Below are positions 45,386-55,125 of a stretch of 64,000 nt of DNA, piece by piece. The translations under genes and the position numbers were made by a program. How positions within the stretch are numbered: the stretch's first letter is position 1; each line of letters begins with the position of its first letter. Where the stretch lies: positions 686,277 to 750,276 of the forward strand of contig CANJLL010000001.1 of NCBI GenBank assembly GCA_947475545.1, given 5' to 3'. This DNA is from Chloroflexota bacterium (GTDB lineage Bacteria; Chloroflexota; Limnocylindria; Limnocylindrales; CSP1-4). The notes beneath the pieces are model-generated. The model saw only the letters and a list, made by a program, of their open reading frames with translations. It did not search any database and had not been told where the DNA came from.

Positions 45386-46885
45386 ATGGCGAAGAAGAAG
45401 ACGATCCGGACCATCCCCCAGGACCGGACGCCGATGCAGGAGCAGGTGCCGGAGATCCGCGCCCGCAACTTCGCGGAGGTGTCCCTCGGCTACGAGCTGG
45501 CCGCGGCCGTTCGCGAGTCCGAGCGTTGCCTCATGTGCCCCGACGAGCCGTGCATCCGCGGCTGCCCGGTCGGCATCAACATCCCCGGCTTCATCGCCAA
45601 GATCGGCGAGAAGGACTTCCACGGCGCGTACGACGTCCTGACGGACACCACGCTCCTCCCGGCCATCTGCGGCCGCGTCTGCCCGCAGGAGACGCAATGC
45701 GAGGGCGTGTGCACCGTCGGCGAGAGCCTGGAGTCGGTGGCCATCGGCCGCCTCGAGCGCTTCGTGGGCGACATGGCGATCGCCGAGGGCTGGTCCGCCG
45801 TCCCGTACATCGAGCCCAACGAGCTCCGGGTCGGCATCATCGGCTCCGGGCCGTCGGGCATGGCGTGCGCCGCAGACATGGCCAAGGCCGGCTGCAAGGT
45901 GACCGTCTTCGAGGCCTTCCAGCAGCCCGGCGGCGTGCTCCGCTACGGGATCCCGGAGTTCCGCCTCCCCAACGAGGTGGTGGACGCCGAGATCGCCAAG
46001 GTCGCCCGACTGGGCGTCACGTTCCGGATGAACGCCCTGGTCGGCCGCCTGTTCACGATCGAGCAGATGCTCACCGACATGGGCTTCGACGCCGTCTTCG
46101 TGGGCACGGGCGCCGGCACCCCCGTCTTCATGGACATCGCCGGCGAGTCGCTCAGCGGCGTGGTCTCGGCCAACGAGCTGCTGACCCGCATCAACCTGAT
46201 GCAGGCGCGCGACTTCCCCGCCCACGACACGCCCCTGGGGCTCGGCAAGAAGGTCGCGGTCATCGGTGCCGGCAACACGGCGATGGACGCGCTGCGCGTC
46301 TCGCTCCGCCTGGGCGCCGACAAGGTGATGTGCGTCTACCGGCGCGGCCACGAGGAGGCCCCTGCCCGCGCGGAGGAGCTCCACCACGCCGAGCAGGAGG
46401 GCATCGAGTTCCACTGGCTGACCAACCCGCTCGCCATCCTCGATGACGGCAACGGCAACGTCCGGGGCATGCTCTGCCAGCGGATGGAGCTGGGCGAGCC
46501 CGACAAGTCGGGGCGGCGCCGGCCGGTCCCCGTGGAGGGCAGCGACTTCGAGCTTGAGTGCGACACGGTCGTCTACGCGATCGGCACCAACGCCAACCCG
46601 ATCCTGGGCCAGACCTCCAGCCTGGCGCTCACGGACCGCGGCTACATCGTGGCCAACGACTCCCTCGCGACCTCGATCGACGGCGTCTTCGCCGGCGGCG
46701 ACATCGTGACCGGGGCGGCCACCGTCATCGAGGCCATGGGTGCCGGCCGCACGGCCGCCGCTGCCATGAAGCGCTACCTGGGGCTCCGCGACAGCACGCT
46801 GCCGTATGCCCCCGCCGAGCGCGCGTCCAGCCTGTTCGGGCTCGCGCCCGAGCAGCGCAACTTCGTCCGGGTGCAGGTGGCATGA
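45386..46885 (+). CDS. NfnB / GltD-like NADPH-dependent oxidoreductase subunit (glutamate synthase small-chain family)
   Basis: 499 aa. It has N-terminal 2x[4Fe-4S] Cys motifs (CLMCPDEPCIRGCP, CGRVCPQETQCEGVC) and two Rossmann motifs (GIIGSGPSG, VIGAGNTAMD). Confidence 0.9.
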   Translation: MAKKKTIRTIPQDRTPMQEQVPEIRARNFAEVSLGYELAAAVRESERCLMCPDEPCIRGCPVGINIPGFIAKIGEKDFHGAYDVLTDTTLLPAICGRVCPQETQCEGVCTVGESLESVAIGRLERFVGDMAIAEGWSAVPYIEPNELRVGIIGSGPSGMACAADMAKAGCKVTVFEAFQQPGGVLRYGIPEFRLPNEVVDAEIAKVARLGVTFRMNALVGRLFTIEQMLTDMGFDAVFVGTGAGTPVFMDIAGESLSGVVSANELLTRINLMQARDFPAHDTPLGLGKKVAVIGAGNTAMDALRVSLRLGADKVMCVYRRGHEEAPARAEELHHAEQEGIEFHWLTNPLAILDDGNGNVRGMLCQRMELGEPDKSGRRRPVPVEGSDFELECDTVVYAIGTNANPILGQTSSLALTDRGYIVANDSLATSIDGVFAGGDIVTGAATVIEAMGAGRTAAAAMKRYLGLRDSTLPYAPAERASSLFGLAPEQRNFVRVQVA

Positions 46886-48816
46886 GCGAGCTGTTGGTCA
46901 ACGGGACGGCCGGGGCGGCCGTCGACGGCGGGCTGGACCTGGAGCCCCTGACGGGCGACCGGGCGAGCAAGCGCGTCACCATCGTCGACGAGCAGATCAT
47001 CGAGATCGTCAGCGACTCGGGCGAGGGCGCCCAGCGCTGCGGCCAGGCCCTGGCGGCCCTCGCGGCGCGGTCCGGCCGCGGCATCTGGACCGTGGAGATC
47101 ATCCCGGCCGAGATCCAGCCCCCGGCCCGCAGCATCGCGGGCGGCTCGGGCAATCGGGTCCGGATGGGCTCTCACCCGATCAGCAATGGCGGCGACGAGG
47201 CCGACCTGGCCGTGGCCTTCAACGAGCAGGTCCTGCTGGGAAGGGAGCGCGAGGGCGAGCTGAAGCCGGGCTGCCGGATTCTCCTCGAGAGCATGTGGCG
47301 GACCGACCGGAACCCGATCACCGCCCGGGAGTACCTGCTGACCTACGACGAGCTGGTGGCCAAGGGCTACAACGTCATCGAGGTCCCGATGGAGGCCGAG
47401 TGCCGCAAGCTGGTCTCCGACCCGCGGCGCGGCAAGAACATGTTCGTCCTCGGGATCCTGTGCAACGTCTACACGCTGGACCTGGCGCTGGCCCGCGAGC
47501 AGGTCGCCCTGACGTTCGGCAAGAAGGATCAGAAGGTCATCGACACGAACGTCCTCCTGCTGGAGGCCGGCTGGTCGTGGGCGGAGGCCAACCTGGACTT
47601 CCAGTTCGAGATCCCCACCATGCGCCTCACCGAACCGCAGGTGGTCTTCAACGGCAACATCGCGATCGCCCTGGGCGTGCTGGCCTCCGGGATGGAGATC
47701 TGCGCGATGTACCCCATCACGCCAGCCACCTCGGCCAGCCATTACCTGTCCGAGATCTTCGAGAAGACGGGTGGCATCGTCCACCAGGCCGAGGACGAGA
47801 TCGCGGCGGCCACGTTCGCCATCGGCGCCTCGTACGCCGGCAAGTGCGCGGTCACCATCACCTCGGGGCCCGGCTACTCGCTCAAGCAGGAGGCCCTGGG
47901 CCTCGCGGTCATGGCCGAGATCCCGCTGGTCGTGGTGAACGTCCAGCGCGGCGGTCCCAGCACCGGCCAGCCCACCAAGCCCGAGCAGGGCGACCTGATG
48001 ACCTCGATCTTCGGCTCACACGGCGACGCGCCCAAGGTCGTGATGGCGGCCAGCACCATCGAGGACTGCTTCTACTCCATCATCACCGCACGGAAGATCG
48101 CCGAGACCTTCAACTGCGTGGTGGTCGTGCTCACCGACGGCAGCCTGGCGACCGCCCAGCAGCCGTTCCCGCGGCCCAGCTTCAGCGAGGACTGGCTGGC
48201 CCCGCCCATCGACCAGAGCCCGGTGCCGGTCGGCGCCAAGGCGTACGACTGGGACGGCACCACCGGCCTGATGAAGCGGTTCATCCCCGGCCAGCCCGGC
48301 GGCATGCACACGCTCACCGGCCTGGCCCACGACCGGGCCAGCAAGGTGGCCTACGACCCGGCCAGCAACGAGGCCGGCCTGCGCAACCGCAGCCTGAAGC
48401 TGGCCGCGCTCCAGAAGACCCTCCGCTGCCCCGACGTCCACGGCGACCCGGACGGCGATCTGCTGGTCGTCGGCTGGGGCTCCACCCGGGGCGCCATCGA
48501 GGAGGCGGTCGACGGCCTGCGCGCCGACGGCAAGCGGATCTCGTCGCTCCATCTCCGCTTCCTGAACCCCATGCCGTCGGGCATCGGCGACATCATGAAG
48601 CGGTTCAAGAAGGTCATGACCGTGGAGTCGAACTGGTCCGACTCCCTGGACGAGGATCTGATCGACGAGGAGAACCGGCGCTACAGCGCGCTGGCCATGC
48701 TCCTCCGCGCCAAGTACCTCGTGGATGTCGACTGCTGGACGGAGGTCCGCAGCCGGCCCATCAAGCCAGGCGTCGTCCGTGCGGCCCTGTCCGCTGCCCT
48801 GGAGAAGGTGTCGTGA
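46882..48816 (+). CDS. korA: 2-oxoacid:ferredoxin oxidoreductase subunit alpha
   Basis: 644-aa internal start MSELLVNG with an ATGA overlap onto the upstream stop. KorA-like sequence (YPITPATS, VVNVQRGGPSTGQPTK). Confidence 0.92.
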   Translation: MSELLVNGTAGAAVDGGLDLEPLTGDRASKRVTIVDEQIIEIVSDSGEGAQRCGQALAALAARSGRGIWTVEIIPAEIQPPARSIAGGSGNRVRMGSHPISNGGDEADLAVAFNEQVLLGREREGELKPGCRILLESMWRTDRNPITAREYLLTYDELVAKGYNVIEVPMEAECRKLVSDPRRGKNMFVLGILCNVYTLDLALAREQVALTFGKKDQKVIDTNVLLLEAGWSWAEANLDFQFEIPTMRLTEPQVVFNGNIAIALGVLASGMEICAMYPITPATSASHYLSEIFEKTGGIVHQAEDEIAAATFAIGASYAGKCAVTITSGPGYSLKQEALGLAVMAEIPLVVVNVQRGGPSTGQPTKPEQGDLMTSIFGSHGDAPKVVMAASTIEDCFYSIITARKIAETFNCVVVVLTDGSLATAQQPFPRPSFSEDWLAPPIDQSPVPVGAKAYDWDGTTGLMKRFIPGQPGGMHTLTGLAHDRASKVAYDPASNEAGLRNRSLKLAALQKTLRCPDVHGDPDGDLLVVGWGSTRGAIEEAVDGLRADGKRISSLHLRFLNPMPSGIGDIMKRFKKVMTVESNWSDSLDEDLIDEENRRYSALAMLLRAKYLVDVDCWTEVRSRPIKPGVVRAALSAALEKVS

Positions 48817-49817
48817 CCATCTCGTTCGATCCCACGCCATCCTTCGCCCAGTGCCTCCTGGGCCCCACCGATGAGCACCACGAGCTGGACGAATACCAGA
48901 CGGGCATCCCGCGCTGGTGCAACGGCTGCGGCGACAACGGCATCCTGGCCGCCATGCAGCGGCTCTGCCGCGACTACGACCTCTCGCCGGAGCGGACGGT
49001 CTTCGTGTCCGGCATCGGCTGCTCCAGCCGGTTGCCCCACTACATGAAGACGTACGGCTTCCATGGGCTGCACGGCCGGGCGCTGCCCATCGCCGAGGGC
49101 ATCAAGATGTCCCGGCCGGACCTCCCGGTCTTCGTGTCCACCGGCGACGGCGACTGCCTGTCGATTGGCGCGGGTCACTGGATGCACGCCATTCGCTACA
49201 ACATGGACATGACGGTCCTGCTCCACGACAACGCGATCTACGGGTTGACCAAGAAGCAGGCCTCCCCCACCTCGCCGATGGGAACCAAGAGCAACACGAC
49301 GCCCAAGGGGTCGTACCTGGAGGCGTTCAACCCGCTCCAGGCGGCGCTGGGCATCGAGGGCGTGTCGTTCATCGCCCAGATGGTGGACTGGGTCCCCGAG
49401 ATGCTCTATGACATCCTCCAGGCGGCCTACCGCCACCGCGGCTTCAGCTTCGTCCGGATCATCCAGCGCTGTCCCGAGTTCATGCCCGGCTTCTTCGACC
49501 CGTACATGAACGATCCGGAGCGCGTCCAGATCCTGACCCATCCCAACGCGCTGACGCCCAGCGCCAACATGAACAAGGTCTACCGCAACCAGCTGGTCCA
49601 CGACCCGTCGAACCTGGACCGGGCGCGCGAGATCGCGAGCAGCTCCGATCCCATCCCGGTGGGGATCCTGTACCAGAACCCGGACGTCCCACGCCTGGAG
49701 GTCATCCGGGGCGCGGGCCGGGTCCGGACGGCCGAGACCGTGCAGAAGGGCCTCGACAGCGAGCTCGACAAGTTCACGATCTGGCCCGACGCCGAGCCGG
49801 CGCTGGTGGAGGCCTGA
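48813..49817 (+). CDS. korB: 2-oxoacid:ferredoxin oxidoreductase subunit beta (TPP-binding)
   Basis: 334 aa with a GTG start overlapping the korA stop (GTGA). It has WCNGCGDNG and the TPP motif GDGDCLSIGAGH. Confidence 0.92.
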   Translation: MTISFDPTPSFAQCLLGPTDEHHELDEYQTGIPRWCNGCGDNGILAAMQRLCRDYDLSPERTVFVSGIGCSSRLPHYMKTYGFHGLHGRALPIAEGIKMSRPDLPVFVSTGDGDCLSIGAGHWMHAIRYNMDMTVLLHDNAIYGLTKKQASPTSPMGTKSNTTPKGSYLEAFNPLQAALGIEGVSFIAQMVDWVPEMLYDILQAAYRHRGFSFVRIIQRCPEFMPGFFDPYMNDPERVQILTHPNALTPSANMNKVYRNQLVHDPSNLDRAREIASSSDPIPVGILYQNPDVPRLEVIRGAGRVRTAETVQKGLDSELDKFTIWPDAEPALVEA

Positions 49818-49820
49818 GCC

Positions 49821-52013
49821 GTGACGCTCGACGAGGAGCGCTTCTTCTACCGAACCGGCCGGCGCACCAGCACCGCCCTTCGCCCGGTGGCGGAGGCGGC
49901 CCTGCGGCCGGCGCTCTTTGCCCAGCTGAGCGACCTGACGGCGCTCCGCTACGACTTCCCGGTCGTGCTGGCCAGCCGTCACGGCGACCCCAGCTGGGTC
50001 GAGCCGCTGTCATCGATCCTGGACGTCACGCTGGCCGAGGTCGCCCCGTCCGGGCCGGCCGGCGAGCGGTTCCGCCGCACCGTACTCCGGATGGAGCGCG
50101 AGATCCGGCTCCTGATGCGCGATGACTCGAGCCGTCGGGCAGCCGCGGGCGAGGCCCTGGCGGGCGCCCCACTGCCCACGCTCGATGACCTCTGGAGCCG
50201 CGCGCACGAGCGCCTGACCATCGCCGGCGGCGAGCCGGCCGCGGTCGAGCTGGCGCGCGCCAAGCAGGCGCTCCAGACGCGCAACATGTTCGACGGACAC
50301 GTCGCCGACTGCGACGCCGGCCTCCCGGCCCACGTCGTGGCCCATGCCTGGTCGTGGGTCGAGGCCCGCAAGGCCGACGCGATGCGCCAGAAGATCTCCA
50401 CGCTCCTGATCACGCTCAAGAACCTGGTTACCGCCGACTTCATGCGGTCCGAGGCGGGACGCGGCGCAAGCACGCTGTCCGCCGGGGTCGGCGGCGCCGA
50501 CCGCGCCATGTTCGACTTCGGCGTGATGGCAAAGCTGCTGGCCGCCCCGTCGGGCGCCAGCGCCCTGCCGCCGGCGCGGCGCGCCCGGATTGACGAGACC
50601 ATCCAGGTCCTGCGTGGGCAGCACTTCTTCGGCCCCGGTTCCTACCCATTCCGGTTCGACCGGGTGGACCTGGCCCTGGCGGCCTGGCGCGAGCGACAGC
50701 CCGAGCTGGCGCGACTGGTCCGCGCGATCGCGATCGCGGAGCTGGAGGTGGGCGGCCGGTACAGCGAGGCCCGCCACGACGAGTACTTTGCCGGCTTTGA
50801 CGGCACGTCCGTCGGCGACGAGGAGAAGGTCCTCTTCCCGGACTACCTCGTGACGCTGGGTGCGGGCTCCACCGATCCGGCGGGCCGGGCGCAGGTGCTG
50901 GAGGCGCTGGCCGGTGATGCACCGGTCAAGATCCTGCTGGAGACCTCCGATCCGTTCGGGCTCGGCGGGCAGCTGGCGACCACCGCCATGGGCCTGGGCG
51001 GCGTCTACGTGCTGCAGGCCCCCAGCGCCCACCTGTATGTCGTCCGAGACGAGATCCGGGCCGCCTTCGAGTTCGGCGGGCCCAGCCTGATCTCCGTCTT
51101 CAACGGCGCGTTCGGCGGCGGGCCGGCCCTCTCGCCGTACCTGGTCTCGTCGGTGGCGCTGGAGTCGCGGGTCTTTCCCGCGTTTGTCTACGACCCGTCT
51201 GCGGGCACCGACTGGGCCCAGCGCTTCGACCTCCTCGAGAACCCGCAGCCGGACGTGACCTGGCCGGTCCACCAGCTCTCCTATGCCGATGCCAAGCTGG
51301 GGCGCGTCGACGAGGCGGTCGCTGTCACGCCCCTTGACCTGGCGCTGTGCGATCCACGGCGTGCCCAGCACTTCGCGCGGACGCCGATCGCGCATTGGAC
51401 GGGCCTCGTCCCGGCCGACGCGTGGCTGGATGAGCAGAAGGCGGACGGCGCCGCGCCGTTCGTGCCCGCGGTGGACGCAAACGCCCGGCTGATGCGCCTG
51501 GCCGTGGACGACACGCTGGTGCGCGAGGCACACCGCGTCGCGGAGGCCTGGAACCGGCTGCGCCAGCTCGACGACATGAAGCACGAGAAGATCCGGTTCG
51601 TCGAGGTGCCGCCGGCGTCGGCGCCGTCGGCGCCGTCGATGACCGCGGGTGCCGAGGCTTCGCCTGGAGCGGCCCCCGCCGCCGCTGCGGCGGCTGCGCC
51701 GGTTGCGGCCGCGCCCGCCGTCGAGGGAGTTGCCGCCACGCCCGCTGCCGAGCCCGAGCGGAATCCGGACGAGCCGTACATCGAGACCTGGCGGTGCACC
51801 ACCTGCAACGAGTGCACTGGCGTGAATGCCCGGATGTTCGCCTACAACGAGAACCGGCAGGCCTACATCAAGGACATCACGGCGGGCACCTACCGGGACC
51901 TGGTGAACGCCGCGGAGAGCTGCCAGGTGGCGATCATCCACCCCGGGAAGCCGCGCGATCCCAGGGAAGCCGGGCTCGACGAGCTGATGGAGCGGGCCCA
52001 GTCGTTCCTGTAG
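49821..52013 (+). CDS. 730-aa uncharacterised protein with a C-terminal single-cluster ferredoxin-like domain
   Basis: It starts 3 nt after the korB stop. The C-terminus has CxxCxxC...C (CTTCNEC ... SCQVAIIHPG). An Ala/Pro-rich linker covers residues about 596-650. The middle region is reminiscent of the C-terminal part of PFOR domain VI. Confidence 0.8.
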   Translation: MTLDEERFFYRTGRRTSTALRPVAEAALRPALFAQLSDLTALRYDFPVVLASRHGDPSWVEPLSSILDVTLAEVAPSGPAGERFRRTVLRMEREIRLLMRDDSSRRAAAGEALAGAPLPTLDDLWSRAHERLTIAGGEPAAVELARAKQALQTRNMFDGHVADCDAGLPAHVVAHAWSWVEARKADAMRQKISTLLITLKNLVTADFMRSEAGRGASTLSAGVGGADRAMFDFGVMAKLLAAPSGASALPPARRARIDETIQVLRGQHFFGPGSYPFRFDRVDLALAAWRERQPELARLVRAIAIAELEVGGRYSEARHDEYFAGFDGTSVGDEEKVLFPDYLVTLGAGSTDPAGRAQVLEALAGDAPVKILLETSDPFGLGGQLATTAMGLGGVYVLQAPSAHLYVVRDEIRAAFEFGGPSLISVFNGAFGGGPALSPYLVSSVALESRVFPAFVYDPSAGTDWAQRFDLLENPQPDVTWPVHQLSYADAKLGRVDEAVAVTPLDLALCDPRRAQHFARTPIAHWTGLVPADAWLDEQKADGAAPFVPAVDANARLMRLAVDDTLVREAHRVAEAWNRLRQLDDMKHEKIRFVEVPPASAPSAPSMTAGAEASPGAAPAAAAAAAPVAAAPAVEGVAATPAAEPERNPDEPYIETWRCTTCNECTGVNARMFAYNENRQAYIKDITAGTYRDLVNAAESCQVAIIHPGKPRDPREAGLDELMERAQSFL

Positions 52014-52087
52014 CCGCGGCCAGCGCCAACGCGCCGCCCGCCACCACCCACGCCTTTTCCGAAGGCCGCGGCCCCGGGGGCTTCTTC

Positions 52088-54442
52088 CTATCCGGCGGGC
52101 GTCGCCGATGCCCTGGCCCCGCGGGCCGCGGCCCCGCCGGGCTCGGCCCCGCGGGGCACAGCGTCGCGCTCGCGGACCAGGCGCAGGATCCGCTCCGGCG
52201 TCATCGGCAGCTCCATGACTCGCGCGCCGATCGCCCGGCTGACCGCGTTCGCGACCGCCGGCGCGATGGCGGGGAGCGGCGTCTCCCCGATCCCATGGAT
52301 ATCGATGGTGCCAGGCGTCTCCAGCACGGTCTGGCCGAACCGCTGGGGAAGGTCCAGGAAGGAGGGGATCATGTAGTCGGACAGGTTGGGGTTGGTGAGC
52401 GTCCCCGCCTCGTCCCAGCGGAGCTCCTCGAACAGGGCCTGACCCACCCCGAACAGCGATGCGCCGAAGACCTGGAGCTCGCAGCCCGTGGGGTTGACCA
52501 TGCGCCCCACGTACAGGCCAACGTGGAGCTGGAGGATCTGGACCCGGCCGGTCTCCTCGTCGACCTCCACCTCGGCCGCGCAGACCGCCGGGTGCCACTG
52601 GGGCGAGGCGATGCCCTGCCCGGTCTGCGGGTCCAGCCCGATCGAGGGGCGGTACCAGCCCTCGCCCGACAGGCTGCCCACCTTGGCGGCGGCCACGACC
52701 GAAGCGATGGAGCGCGAGGTCGCCGGCGCCCCCGCGACGACGATCCGGCCATCCTCCACCGAGAGGTCGGCCGGCGCGGCCTCCAGCTGGTCTGCGGCCA
52801 GGGCCAGGAGCTTCGCCCGGACATCGCCCACGGCGGCGCGGATGGCCCGGCCCATGAAGCTGGTGGCACGACTGGCCGCGGTCATCGCGTCGAACGGCGT
52901 GACCTCGGTGTCGGGCGTCGAGACCCGGACATCCGCCAGCGGCACCCCCAGCTCATGCGCCGCGATCTGCGCCAGCACCGTCAGCGCGCCCTGGCCCATC
53001 TCGACCGAGCTGGTCAGCACGTTGAGGGTCCCGTCGGCATTGAGCTTCACGGCGGCGGTCGCCGAGAAGGCGCCCATCCCCTTGATGATCGCGGCGAGGC
53101 CCTTCGCCCGGACCCGCGAGCCCGCGCGCTCCGGCTCGATGGGCCACGCCCAGCCGATCCGCGCCGCCGCGTCGCGGAGCAGCTCCGGGTAGTGCGGGTC
53201 CTCCAGGAGCGTCTCGCCCGTGGAGAACGCGTCGCCGGGGAGGAGGATGTTGTGGAGCCGCAGCGCCAGCGGGTCCATCCCCAGGGCGTCCGCCACGCGG
53301 TCCATCTGCGTCTCGTGCGCCCAGGCCATCTGCGGCATCCCGAACCCCCGGAAGGCGCAGGCCGGCGTCACGTTGGTGTACACCCCGGCCGAATCCACCC
53401 GGATGTCGGGCACGCGGTACGGACCCATGCTGGCGTAGCCACGGGTGATCTTCTCGGGGGTGTCGGTGGCGTACGCGCCGCCGTTGTAGAGGCAGTGGGC
53501 CTCGTGGGCCACCAGCGTGCCGTCGAGGCGGACGCCGGTCCGCAGCCGCACGACCGACGGGTGCTTCATCCCCGTCACGAACTCCTCGGCCCGACTCAGC
53601 GAGAGGCGCACCGGCCGGCGCGCCTTCCGGGCGAGGAGCGTGACCAGCGGCTCGATGCTGGGGTCGATCTTGGAGCCGTAGCCGCCGCCCAGCGTGGGAA
53701 CGATCACCCGAACGCGGGCGACCGGCAGCCCGATCACGCCTGCCAGGGTCTCCGCGAGCGTGGACGGCGCCTGGGAGGAGGACCAGACCGTCAGCCCGCC
53801 CGCACGGAACCACGCGACGCAGACGTGGGTCTCGAACGCCACGTGGGCGACGGCCGGCGTCCGGTACTCGCCCTCCACGATGAGGTCGGCGCCGGCGAAG
53901 CCGGCCTCCGCATCCCCCCGGCGGAGCCGGAATCGGTGGATGGCGTTGGTGCCGGTCAGGCCGGGCTGGTGCGCCACCAGGTCCCGGCGGTTGAAGGCCA
54001 GGCGTCGCGGTCCCGGGTGGAGGACGGGCGCGCCGGGCGCGAGCGCCGCGTCCACGTCCAGGACGGCGGGGAGTGGCTCGTAGTCCACCTCGATCATTGC
54101 CAGGGCGGCCTCCGCCTCCGCCTCGGTCTCGGCCGCCACCGCGACCACCGGCTCCCCGGCGTAGCGAGCCACGTCCCGCGCCAGCGGCGGCTGGTCGCGC
54201 AGGAACAGGCCGAACGCCGGGTCGAGCGCCGGGTCGTCGAGGTCGGCGCCAGTCAGTACCGCCATGACTCCCGCGGCCGCCGCGGCCCGGGACGCGTCCA
54301 CGCCCAAGATCCGTGCGTGGGCGTGCGGCGACCGAAGCACCCGAGCGTGCAGCATCCCGGGCAGAACCAGGTTCTGCACGAATTCGATCGTGCCGGTGAC
54401 GCGCTCACGGGCATCCACCATGGGCACCCGGAAGCCGAACAT
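52088..54442 (-). CDS. Molybdopterin-binding large subunit of a xanthine dehydrogenase / aldehyde oxidase-family hydroxylase
   Basis: ATG start MFGFRVPMVDARERVTG; the ORF track allows TTG at 54538. Active-site loop CAFRGFGMPQ. The C-terminal domains are typical. Confidence 0.9.
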   Translation of the reverse strand: MFGFRVPMVDARERVTGTIEFVQNLVLPGMLHARVLRSPHAHARILGVDASRAAAAAGVMAVLTGADLDDPALDPAFGLFLRDQPPLARDVARYAGEPVVAVAAETEAEAEAALAMIEVDYEPLPAVLDVDAALAPGAPVLHPGPRRLAFNRRDLVAHQPGLTGTNAIHRFRLRRGDAEAGFAGADLIVEGEYRTPAVAHVAFETHVCVAWFRAGGLTVWSSSQAPSTLAETLAGVIGLPVARVRVIVPTLGGGYGSKIDPSIEPLVTLLARKARRPVRLSLSRAEEFVTGMKHPSVVRLRTGVRLDGTLVAHEAHCLYNGGAYATDTPEKITRGYASMGPYRVPDIRVDSAGVYTNVTPACAFRGFGMPQMAWAHETQMDRVADALGMDPLALRLHNILLPGDAFSTGETLLEDPHYPELLRDAAARIGWAWPIEPERAGSRVRAKGLAAIIKGMGAFSATAAVKLNADGTLNVLTSSVEMGQGALTVLAQIAAHELGVPLADVRVSTPDTEVTPFDAMTAASRATSFMGRAIRAAVGDVRAKLLALAADQLEAAPADLSVEDGRIVVAGAPATSRSIASVVAAAKVGSLSGEGWYRPSIGLDPQTGQGIASPQWHPAVCAAEVEVDEETGRVQILQLHVGLYVGRMVNPTGCELQVFGASLFGVGQALFEELRWDEAGTLTNPNLSDYMIPSFLDLPQRFGQTVLETPGTIDIHGIGETPLPAIAPAVANAVSRAIGARVMELPMTPERILRLVRERDAVPRGAEPGGAAARGARASATPAG

Positions 54443-54527
54443 GGATGTCGTGACGGGCGCTGCCGGTCCCGACGGCGCAGCCGACCCAGCCCGGTTCGCT
54501 GGCCGGGCCAGCTTTGCTGGCCCGGCG

Positions 54528-54968
54528 TCAGGCCTCAAGCTTGGCGCGGATGCAGTCGAAGGACTGGCCGATCAGCTTGTTGGCGGTGCCCTCGATCAGG
54601 CGTGCGCCCACGGTCGCCAGGGTGCCCGAGATCTGCACCGAGGCCGACCAGTCCATCACGGTCGGGCCCTCCGGCGGCCCCGACAGGAGCATCTGGCCCG
54701 ACCCGTCAACCGCGCTTCCCGGCGCCTGGCCGCGGGCCTTGATCACCGCCTTGTCCGGAGCAATCTGCTCGGCCATCTCCAGGTCCACCGCGAACTTCGA
54801 TGTGATGAAGCCCACGCCGACCTTGGCCCGCGCCCGGAAGTGGGTGGCGTCGATCACCTCGATCGACTCCACGCCCGGCCCGCACGAGCCCACCTGGTTG
54901 GGGTCCGTGACAAAGGCCCAGACGGCGGCGCGCGGCGCGCGGATCACGACGTTGCCCGAGAACTCCAT
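54528..54968 (-). CDS. CoxG-like SRPBCC-family protein
   Basis: 146 aa with an N-terminus typical of CoxG (MEFSGNVVIRAPRAAVWAFVTDP). Confidence 0.8.
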   Translation of the reverse strand: MEFSGNVVIRAPRAAVWAFVTDPNQVGSCGPGVESIEVIDATHFRARAKVGVGFITSKFAVDLEMAEQIAPDKAVIKARGQAPGSAVDGSGQMLLSGPPEGPTVMDWSASVQISGTLATVGARLIEGTANKLIGQSFDCIRAKLEA

Positions 54969-55125
54969 GGTTCCTCCTGCGCGCCGGCGGCGTGGCCGGC
55001 CGGCGTGGCGTGGCCGGCCTGGTTGGCCGCCCGGCGGTCAATCGGCGGTCGGCATCGTTGATGATATCGACGCGGCGACGAAGCTCGACGGATCCCGCAC
55101 GAAGCATCGCGCTGGGCCGTGGGGA

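Noticed and set aside
52088-54538. Cluster as an aerobic carbon monoxide dehydrogenase (because CoxD/E/G-like genes are present)
   Set aside because: The large-subunit active-site loop is AFRGFG-type, not AYXCSFR or AYRGAGR.
54513-54900. Apparent 1-nt discrepancy (extra g near 54897-54903) that would frameshift the coxG-like gene
   Set aside because: My manual base indexing here disagreed by 1 nt with three independent ORF-track translations, which all read through intact. I treat it as my own counting or reading error and used the ORF-track coordinates.
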